A program made the position numbers and the translations under genes. Below are positions 17,287-25,085 of a DNA stretch of 64,000 bases, one piece after another. The stretch is taken from assembly GCA_963676565.1 (NCBI GenBank), contig OY781089.1:1120001-1184000 (forward strand), given 5' to 3'. The notes under the pieces were generated by a model. It ran no database searches. It was not told the DNA's origin and saw only the letters and a list, made by a program, of their open reading frames with translations. Source of the DNA: Halarcobacter sp. GTDB lineage: Bacteria; Campylobacterota; Campylobacteria; Campylobacterales; Arcobacteraceae. Within the stretch, counting starts at the first letter, position 1. The number at the start of each line of letters is the position of its first letter.

Positions 17287-19047
17287 ATGCAAAAGTTTAT
17301 AAAACAATTTTTAATAATTTCTACAATTTTAGTTGGATTTTCCATATCTGCTTTTTCAAAAGAGAATATAATTTTATACTTTGATGAGATTGCTATTGAG
17401 GATAAAGTGAATCTTTCTATTTATGGTTCAGCAGAATCAGAAGATTTTTCTTCCCATAAATGGCAAATTATAAATGTAAAAGTAAAAGGTAGTAAAAATA
17501 AAGAGCTTCTTTTTAGTACTGAGACTGATAAAAAAGGTTTTTGGGAAGTTGAGAATATAGATATCAAAGATTTTAGTGATGGAAAGCTTAATATTGAAGT
17601 TAAAATGATGACAGAAGATGGTGAAGTTTTGGCTTCTTTAGTAGATAAAAACACTATAAAAGATACAAGTTTTAAAATAACTGAATTTCTAAAAAATCAT
17701 TTATCAGCATCAATTTTTTCATTAATGGTGATTTTATTACTACTTGGTTTTCCTATGATGATTCCATTAATTGCAGGAACCTCATTGGGGGTTTTCTTAC
17801 TTTTTGATGGAGATTTTTCAAAAATGGAGTTTCTAATTCAGCAGATGATGGGAGGAATTAGACCAGCTGCATTAATTGCAGTTCCTATGTTTATTCTATC
17901 TGCTGATATTATGACTAGGGGGAAAAGTGCAGAAAAGCTCATTGATTTAGTAATGGCTTTTGTAAGACATATTAAGGGTGGACTTGCAGTTAGTACAGCA
18001 GGAGCTTGTGCTATGTTTGGTGCTGTTTCTGGTTCTACTCAGGCAACTGTTGTTGCAATTGGATCTCCTTTAAGACCAAGACTTAAAAAAGGTGGATATA
18101 AAGAATCATTTATTTTAGCTCTTATAGTAAATTCAAGTGATATCGCCTTTTTAATCCCTCCAAGTATTGGGATGATTATTTATGGAATTGTTGCTAAAAC
18201 ATCTATTCCTGAACTTTTTATTGCAGGGATTGGACCTGGATTATTAATCCTTTTTCTATTTTCAATTTATAGTATTATTTATGCATATAGACATAATATC
18301 CCAACTGAACCAAAAGCTACATGGAAAGAAAGGGGTAGTGCTTTAGTAAATGCCTTATGGCCTTTAGGTTTCCCTGCAATTATTGTTGGGGGTATTTTTG
18401 GAGGAATCTTCTCTCCAACTGAAGCTGCTGCTGTTAGTGTAGCATATGCAATTTTCTTAGAAGGTATTGTTTTTAAAACAATGAAATTAAAAGATTTGTA
18501 TGCAACTGCTAAATCAACTGGATTAGTAACAGCTGTTGTATTTATATTAGTTGGAGCTGGAGCTGGATTTGCATGGGTTTTATCATTTGCTCAAATTCCA
18601 CAACAAATTTTAAGTTCTATTGGTATTACTGAAATGGGACCTTATCAAGTTTTATTTGTAATCTCAATCGCTTTTTTTGTTGGGTGTATGTTTGTTGATC
18701 CAATTGTAGTTATATTAGTTTTAGTTCCTATTTTTGCACCAATTGTAAATTCAGTTGGATTAGATCCAGTTTTAGTGGGAACTATTATTACACTTCAAGT
18801 AGCAATTGGTTCTGCAACTCCACCTTTTGGTTGTGATATTTTTACAGCTATTGCTGTATTTAAAAGACCATATTTAGAAGTAATAAAAGGAACACCACCA
18901 TTTATTTTTATTCTTTTAAGTGTATCTGTTGCTTTAATTTTCTTTCCAGATATTGCACTATTTTTAAGGGATGTTGCCTTTAGAGAATTAAATGTAATCG
19001 ACTATTTCCAAAATCTATTTGGTTTTAGTGCTCAAGTAATAGAATAA
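17287..19047 (+). CDS. teaC: TRAP large permease DctM, TeaC-like, with an extra N-terminal exported domain of about 135 aa
   Basis: The DctM body (LIAVPMFIL, FGAVSGSTQATV, LIPPSIGMI, PTEAAA, TPPFG) starts near residue 140, preceded by a signal peptide and a soluble beta-rich domain. Confidence 0.85.
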   Translation: MQKFIKQFLIISTILVGFSISAFSKENIILYFDEIAIEDKVNLSIYGSAESEDFSSHKWQIINVKVKGSKNKELLFSTETDKKGFWEVENIDIKDFSDGKLNIEVKMMTEDGEVLASLVDKNTIKDTSFKITEFLKNHLSASIFSLMVILLLLGFPMMIPLIAGTSLGVFLLFDGDFSKMEFLIQQMMGGIRPAALIAVPMFILSADIMTRGKSAEKLIDLVMAFVRHIKGGLAVSTAGACAMFGAVSGSTQATVVAIGSPLRPRLKKGGYKESFILALIVNSSDIAFLIPPSIGMIIYGIVAKTSIPELFIAGIGPGLLILFLFSIYSIIYAYRHNIPTEPKATWKERGSALVNALWPLGFPAIIVGGIFGGIFSPTEAAAVSVAYAIFLEGIVFKTMKLKDLYATAKSTGLVTAVVFILVGAGAGFAWVLSFAQIPQQILSSIGITEMGPYQVLFVISIAFFVGCMFVDPIVVILVLVPIFAPIVNSVGLDPVLVGTIITLQVAIGSATPPFGCDIFTAIAVFKRPYLEVIKGTPPFIFILLSVSVALIFFPDIALFLRDVAFRELNVIDYFQNLFGFSAQVIE

Positions 19048-19066
19048 TTTTAAGTAAAAAGGAGAT

Positions 19067-19525
19067 GTGATGTTTAAAAAAATATTAGTACCAACTGATG
19101 GTTCAGAACAAGCAAATAAGGCTTTGGATTTAGCTTGTAAAATGGCCATGGAAAATGATCAAACTCAGATAAATATATTGTCAGTTTTTAGACATCATAG
19201 TTTTACAGAAGCTTCATTAGCAATGCTTCCAAGACAAGTAGATGATGAAGCTGCAAATTTAGATGAGGTTATGAGAACATATGCAAAGGAGTTAGTTGCC
19301 AAATCAAAAGAGCTTGCTATTGAGTATGGATTAGAAAAACATAGGGTAAGAGGTTTTATTAGAATTGGGCAAGTTGCAAAAGAGATTTTAGATTTTATAA
19401 AAGAGGAAGATGTTGATTTAATTATAATTGGGAAACAAGGAAGAGGAGATTTAAGTGGTTATCTTTTAGGTGGAGTTTCCCATAAAGTTACAGGTCTTGC
19501 AAAAATCCCAGTAATGGTTGTATGA
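19067..19525 (+). CDS. teaD: Universal stress protein, TeaD-like
   Basis: FKKILVPTDGS, VFRHHS and G..GRG...GYLLGGVSHKV motifs; directly after teaC. Confidence 0.85.
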   Translation: MMFKKILVPTDGSEQANKALDLACKMAMENDQTQINILSVFRHHSFTEASLAMLPRQVDDEAANLDEVMRTYAKELVAKSKELAIEYGLEKHRVRGFIRIGQVAKEILDFIKEEDVDLIIIGKQGRGDLSGYLLGGVSHKVTGLAKIPVMVV

Positions 19526-19680
19526 TGATTTTATTTGATATTAGAAAAATCAATAGTATCTATTGCTTTAATAGAGTCTATTCAAAGGTAGCTTACTCGT
19601 CCAGATTATAAAAGGATTAAAGTTTTTAATCCTGCAATATTTTATAAATAATTTAAATAAATTCTTAATCGGACAAAAAA

Positions 19681-20841
19681 ATGAAAAATAAAACAATGAA
19701 AGCTATGGTTTTAACAGGCCATGGAGATATAAATAAAATAAAGTACAAAGATGTAGCAATACCAAAACCAAAAAAAGGTGAGGTATTAGTTGAAGTTCAT
19801 GCCACTGCCAAAAATAATACTGATAGAAAAGCTAGAATTGGTGTTTATGGGGTGGATGATAAAAATAAAGATGAAATTACATCCTTTGATATGAGTGGGG
19901 ATAACACTTTTACCTTTCCTAAAATTCAAGGTGCAGATATAGTTGGAACAATTGTAGCAGTTGGTTCAGAAGTTTCAACTAGTAGAATTGGAAAAAAAGG
20001 TTTAATAGATTTTAATATCTATTTAGACCTTGAAAAAAATGATAATTTAAATCTAACTCCTGATTATATAGGACATGGTTGTGATGGAGGCTTTGCTGAA
20101 TATGTAGTAGTTCCCGATGAAAATTTTTATAATATGTCAAATCTTGATATAAGTGATGCCCAACTTGCAAGTTTAGGTATGTGTTCATATCAAACAGGAC
20201 TTCGAATGCTAAATGCTTCAAGGGTAAAAAAAGGAGATTTAGTATTAGTTTCTGGGGCAAGTGGTGGAGTTGGAACTGCTTTAATTCAAATGTGTAGAAT
20301 CTTAGGGGCAATTCCTTATGCCTTAAGTAGTAAAGAAAAAGAGGCGCAACTTCTAAAAATAGGAGCCGAAAAAGTAATTGATAGAGCAGATATAAATAGC
20401 TTAAAACAAAGAGTTTTAGAAGCAACAAATGGAAAAGCTATAGATGCAGTTATGGATATGGTTGGTGGAGAATACACAAATGTTTTCTTAGATTGTATGA
20501 TTACTGATATGAAAAATAAAAGTGACTATCCAAGACTTAGTATTGCAGGAGCTAGTGGAGATAATCTAACACAAATTATGTGGTCAAAGATATATCTATA
20601 TCAAATAGAGATTCATGGAGTTTCCCATGGAACTAGAAATGAAGTAAAACAATTAATGAAATGGATTAGAGAGGGGAAATTAAAACCTATGCTTCATGCC
20701 ACATTTAAGCTTTCTGAGCTTCATAAGTGTGAAGAGTATTTTGCAAATAGGTCAAATAATTATCTTGGAAAAGTAGTAGTAATTCCTGATTCAAAATGGG
20801 ATGAATATGGGAAAGAGTTTGCTCAAAAGGATTCTTTATGA
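19681..20841 (+). CDS. MDR-family NAD(P)-dependent oxidoreductase, apparently zinc-independent
   Basis: NNTD, IQGADIVG, DGGFAEY and SGASGGVG motifs; lacks the catalytic-Zn Cys and the GHE motif. Confidence 0.88.
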   Translation: MKNKTMKAMVLTGHGDINKIKYKDVAIPKPKKGEVLVEVHATAKNNTDRKARIGVYGVDDKNKDEITSFDMSGDNTFTFPKIQGADIVGTIVAVGSEVSTSRIGKKGLIDFNIYLDLEKNDNLNLTPDYIGHGCDGGFAEYVVVPDENFYNMSNLDISDAQLASLGMCSYQTGLRMLNASRVKKGDLVLVSGASGGVGTALIQMCRILGAIPYALSSKEKEAQLLKIGAEKVIDRADINSLKQRVLEATNGKAIDAVMDMVGGEYTNVFLDCMITDMKNKSDYPRLSIAGASGDNLTQIMWSKIYLYQIEIHGVSHGTRNEVKQLMKWIREGKLKPMLHATFKLSELHKCEEYFANRSNNYLGKVVVIPDSKWDEYGKEFAQKDSL

Positions 20842-21881
20842 GTTCAAAAGAGCATAAAATAGGTCTAATTGATACCCACGCTGGAGGTGATGTTAGTAGA
20901 ATAGTTTTTTCTGGAGTTAAAAAACTTCCAGGGAAAACTGTAAGAGAGCAAATGGAATACTTACAAAAAAAGGCAGATGGTTTAAGAAAAACATTACTTT
21001 TTGAGCCATATGGAATCCCTGAGATGTCAATAGATTTAGTTGTTCCAGCTTGCGAAAGCGAAGCAGTTGCAGGATATATTATTATGGAAGTGATGGGATA
21101 TCCTATCTATTCTGGGTCTAATACTTTATGTACAGCAACTGCGGTTATTGAAAAAGGATTAGTAGCTAAAAAAGAGGGAATAACAAATTTTAAACTTGAA
21201 TCTCCTGCAGGTTTAGTTGATATTGAAGCAAATATAGTAAATGGTGTTGTTGAATCTGTAACTTGTCAAGGATTACCAAGTTATATTCATTCTTATAAAC
21301 AGATAATTAATATACCAAATTTGGGAGAAGTTACTTATTCAATAGCCTATAGTGGTGGTTTTTATGTTTTAGTTGAAGCCTCGCAACTTGGTTTTAAATT
21401 AAATAAAAGTGAAGAGGAAGAGTTATCTAAAACTGCATATATGATAATTGAAGAAATTAGAAAAAAACAGGATTTTAAACACTATAGTTTAGGTGATGTG
21501 GGACCTATTCCTTTTTTACATTTTATGGGTGAAGTTACTAAAAAACAGGAAGGTTTATATAGCTCACCTTCAACTACTTATGTACACCCAGGGGTTATTT
21601 GTAGAAGTACAACAGGAACAGGAACTTCAGCTAGACTTGCATATTTATATTATGAAGGAAAGATAAAACAAGGGGATAGATTAGAGACTATTTCCTTAAG
21701 AGATACAAGATTTATTGGAGTTTTTGAAAGTGTTGAAAAACAAAAAAACTACAATGTTATTAACAACAAAATTTCAGGTAAAAGTTATATCATAGGTAAA
21801 CAAGATATTTATATTAATTGTGATGATCCAATGTTAAATCATCTTAATAGTTTGAATGAATTAACAGATCTACTTGAATAA
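20838..21881 (+). CDS. Proline racemase superfamily protein, Ser/Thr active-site type (putative dehydratase)
   Basis: IDTHAGG and LLFEPYG motifs; YSGSN in place of MCGH; CRSTTGTGTSAR in place of DRSPCGTG. Confidence 0.88.
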   Translation: MSSKEHKIGLIDTHAGGDVSRIVFSGVKKLPGKTVREQMEYLQKKADGLRKTLLFEPYGIPEMSIDLVVPACESEAVAGYIIMEVMGYPIYSGSNTLCTATAVIEKGLVAKKEGITNFKLESPAGLVDIEANIVNGVVESVTCQGLPSYIHSYKQIINIPNLGEVTYSIAYSGGFYVLVEASQLGFKLNKSEEEELSKTAYMIIEEIRKKQDFKHYSLGDVGPIPFLHFMGEVTKKQEGLYSSPSTTYVHPGVICRSTTGTGTSARLAYLYYEGKIKQGDRLETISLRDTRFIGVFESVEKQKNYNVINNKISGKSYIIGKQDIYINCDDPMLNHLNSLNELTDLLE

Positions 21882-21899
21882 GATAAAAAGGAGAATTAT

Positions 21900-23060
21900 A
21901 TGTTAAAAAAATTTGAAGAGGTTGTAAACTTTGCAATAGATTTTAGACACAATTTACATAAACACCCAGAATTAAAATGGGAAGAAACTAATACAGCAAA
22001 ATCTATTAGAGATATTTTAGATGAGTATGATATTCCTTATAAAACCTATGCAAATACAGGAACTTGTGGACTTTTAGCACAAGATAAAAAAGGCCCTCAT
22101 ATTGCAATTAGAGGTGATATTGATGCCCTTGCATTAGTAGAAAAAACAGATGTACCATATAAGTCAACAAAAGAGCAATGTATGCATGCTTGTGGGCATG
22201 ATGGTCACACAGCAACACTAATGACGGCTGCCATTTGGTTAAAACAAAATGAACATCTATTAGAAAACCCAGTAACACTTTTATTTCAACCAGCAGAAGA
22301 GGGTGGTCATGGAGCTAAGAAAATGATAGAAGAGGGTTGTTTAGATGGTGTTGATATGATTTTTGGTTGGCATAATTGGCCTGCTATTAAATTTGGTCAA
22401 GCTGTATGTCCCGATGGTACTGTAATGGCTGGAAATGGAACTTTTCATATAAATATAAAAGGAAAGGGTGGACACTCTTCCCAACCTGAATTATGTCATG
22501 ACCCAGTTTTAGCAGCAAGTGCTATGACATTAAATCTCCAACAAATAATAAGTAGACAAGTCTCTCCACAAGATAGTGCAGTTGTTTCAGTAACTTCAAT
22601 TGATGGGAAAAGTGATTTAACTACAATCCCTGATTTTGTAAAACTTGAAGGAAGTATTAGAGTGCCAACTGATGAGTTAAAGAGTTTTGTTTTTAATAAA
22701 ATAGATGAGATTGTAAAAGCAACTGCAAAAACTTATAACGTAGAGGTTGATGTTGAATTAAGAGATAGGTATGGAGCAACAATAAACCACAAAACCCAAG
22801 CGGAAATGGTTAGAGAAGAGTTAAAAAATCAATTGGGTGAAAATTGGGAAAGTGATATTCCAACACCTATTATGGCAAGTGAAGATTTTAGCTATTATTT
22901 AAACACAATACCTGGAGCTTTTGCACTTATTGGAAGTGATGATGGGGTTGAAAAACATCAAAAAGCTTGTCATAATGTTCATTATGATTTTAATGATAAA
23001 TTAATATCTCCAGTTAGTAAAACTTTAATGAGATTAGCTGGTTACAAAGGAGAGTTTTAG
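21900..23060 (+). CDS. M20D amidohydrolase; putative N-acetyl-diaminobutyrate deacetylase role
   Basis: RGDIDAL, MHACGHDGH, FQPAEEG, GKGGH and SEDFS motifs. Confidence 0.9.
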   Translation: MLKKFEEVVNFAIDFRHNLHKHPELKWEETNTAKSIRDILDEYDIPYKTYANTGTCGLLAQDKKGPHIAIRGDIDALALVEKTDVPYKSTKEQCMHACGHDGHTATLMTAAIWLKQNEHLLENPVTLLFQPAEEGGHGAKKMIEEGCLDGVDMIFGWHNWPAIKFGQAVCPDGTVMAGNGTFHINIKGKGGHSSQPELCHDPVLAASAMTLNLQQIISRQVSPQDSAVVSVTSIDGKSDLTTIPDFVKLEGSIRVPTDELKSFVFNKIDEIVKATAKTYNVEVDVELRDRYGATINHKTQAEMVREELKNQLGENWESDIPTPIMASEDFSYYLNTIPGAFALIGSDDGVEKHQKACHNVHYDFNDKLISPVSKTLMRLAGYKGEF

Positions 23061-23069
23061 GAGATACAA

Positions 23070-23540
23070 TTAGGCAATTGGCCTATTGTATCTCATAAAA
23101 TATATAGATGGAATTGCAAGTCCAAAGCCAATTCCCCCTAAAATAGTAATTGTTTTTAAACCATTTTCAACAAAAATAGTAATAAGTTCAGGGGTAACTC
23201 CATGGGCACTCATATTTATAAGATTTATAACAGCATTAAAAGCATATGTTCCGGGAATCAAAGGTATAATTGAAGCAATCGTATAAACAGGTCTTGGAAT
23301 AATATATTTTCTTGACCAATATAGAGCAACTAAACCAACTATTGTAGAAGCTAAAAATGTTGCAAGTTCAATACTAAAATTTATATCCATTAAAATAGTT
23401 CTTGAAGTATATGCAATTGCTCCACCAAATCCACAATATATAAGTGTATGTTTAGGAACATTAAAAACCATACCAAAGCCAATAGCTGGAATGGCAGCAA
23501 AAATTGCATTTATAATATAATTAATTAATTCAGTACCCAT
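23070..23540 (-). CDS. ThrE_2/YjjB-like exporter subunit
   Basis: GFGMVFNVP and IIPLIPG motifs; paired with the YjjP-like gene. Confidence 0.88.
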   Translation of the reverse strand: MGTELINYIINAIFAAIPAIGFGMVFNVPKHTLIYCGFGGAIAYTSRTILMDINFSIELATFLASTIVGLVALYWSRKYIIPRPVYTIASIIPLIPGTYAFNAVINLINMSAHGVTPELITIFVENGLKTITILGGIGFGLAIPSIYFMRYNRPIA

Positions 23541-23541
23541 A

Positions 23542-24333
23542 TTACCAACCTTTTAAGTCTAAAATTACAAAGGCAAAAACAATCCCAATTGCAGTTGCTA
23601 CTGTTAATAAAACAGCTTGCATCCAACGACCCCAACCCATGGCTAGATAACCTTTTACAGCATCTAAAACAGAATTGATAAAAGGGAAACCAGGAGCAAG
23701 TAAAATTACACTTGATGATAAAGCAATATCTATCTTATCACTTAATTCATATATATGGGCAAGTCCAGAGATTATTGTTGCCACAAAAGCAGTTGCAGCA
23801 AAGGTTATAATCATCACAAACTTTCTTTTTGCTAATTCTTGTCTAGTAAACATAGCTACACTTGATGCAACAAAAGTGACAAAAAATGAGATTAAATCTG
23901 CTCCGTTTAAGTATGCAAAAGAGGCACATGATAAACCAATCATAAAAACTACAAGCCATCTATTATAATAGTTTGCTTGAATCTCTTTCATTGTTTTTAA
24001 TACAAAACTTACATCTTTTTTTTCTTTTTCTGTTTGATGACACATCCTTTGAACATCACAAACAATAGACATGTTTATTGGTTTATGGTATGCCCTTCTT
24101 GTTGTTGTAACAGAGTGTGTTTGATTGTTTGTTAGTGTTGTTAAAACAATAGCCGAAGGGATTAGAGAAAGTTCAACGGAATCAACACCTAAAGCCTTTC
24201 CTAATCTTTGAGCAGTTTGTTCTATAAGTCTACTTTCTGCACCATATTCAAGCATTAATACAGCAGCTTTAATTACAGCCCTTGTAATCTTTGTTTGTTC
24301 TTCGTAAGTTAGTTGTGTTTGTATCTCTTCCAT
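23542..24333 (-). CDS. ThrE/YjjP-like exporter subunit (threonine/succinate exporter family)
   Basis: LEYGAESRLIE, INMSIV and LAPGFPFINSVLD motifs. Confidence 0.88.
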   Translation of the reverse strand: MEEIQTQLTYEEQTKITRAVIKAAVLMLEYGAESRLIEQTAQRLGKALGVDSVELSLIPSAIVLTTLTNNQTHSVTTTRRAYHKPINMSIVCDVQRMCHQTEKEKKDVSFVLKTMKEIQANYYNRWLVVFMIGLSCASFAYLNGADLISFFVTFVASSVAMFTRQELAKRKFVMIITFAATAFVATIISGLAHIYELSDKIDIALSSSVILLAPGFPFINSVLDAVKGYLAMGWGRWMQAVLLTVATAIGIVFAFVILDLKGW

Positions 24334-25085
24334 TATTTTATAAAATCTTTTATTTTTAGTATATTTCCACCATCATCAGCAATATAAAGATTACCTTTTT
24401 TATCAAAGGTTATTCCTTCTTGATCATAATAGTTTGTTAGTTTGTATTCTTTTTTTGTCTTTTGTTTTTTTAAATCATATTCAATTAAAAGTGAATCTTT
24501 ATCACTTACCATAAAAAGATTATTTTTATAAAAAGTTAATCCTGCAATATCTTTATATCCATGGTTTATAATCTCTTTAATCTTTTGTTTTTTCTTTTTC
24601 AAATCGTAATCAATAACCACAATTACAGAAGAGTCTTCTTTTGGATAAAGCTTATTAGATTGGTTTGATAAATATATTTTATCTTTTAATATGGCAATAC
24701 CTTCAATACCATCATTACCTTTTTTTAAAACCTTAATTCCATCAAATTCTCTTTTTATTGAGATCTCTTTTTTCTTTTTAAAATTTTTTTTTGATAGGAC
24801 TAAAATATTATCTTCACCTTCAATTGCTACTAATAAAATATCTTTTTTATCATCAACTGCAACACCTTCAAAATCATATTTCCCTATCTCTTTTTCCCTT
24901 AGAATTTTACCTTCTAAATCTAATTCATAAATTGAACCCTCATCTGCAACAACAAAAAGTGTGTTTGATTTTTTTGAGTAAGTGATACCAGAAGCCTCTT
25001 GAATTTTCGAAATTATAATCTCTTTTGCTAACATATTTTGAATTAAACCATTAAAAATTAAAACTATAAGAAGAAATCTTTTCAT
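24333..25085 (-). CDS. Secreted SdiA-regulated (YjiK-like) beta-propeller protein
   Basis: Signal peptide; repeated EASGIT/DFEGV/GIEGI/QEGIT blades. Confidence 0.8.
   Translation of the reverse strand: MKRFLLIVLIFNGLIQNMLAKEIIISKIQEASGITYSKKSNTLFVVADEGSIYELDLEGKILREKEIGKYDFEGVAVDDKKDILLVAIEGEDNILVLSKKNFKKKKEISIKREFDGIKVLKKGNDGIEGIAILKDKIYLSNQSNKLYPKEDSSVIVVIDYDLKKKKQKIKEIINHGYKDIAGLTFYKNNLFMVSDKDSLLIEYDLKKQKTKKEYKLTNYYDQEGITFDKKGNLYIADDGGNILKIKDFIK

Noticed and set aside
23070..24333. YjjPB-like exporter as part of the ectoine system
   Set aside because: Opposite strand and coupled to its own upstream genes; adjacency alone is not evidence.
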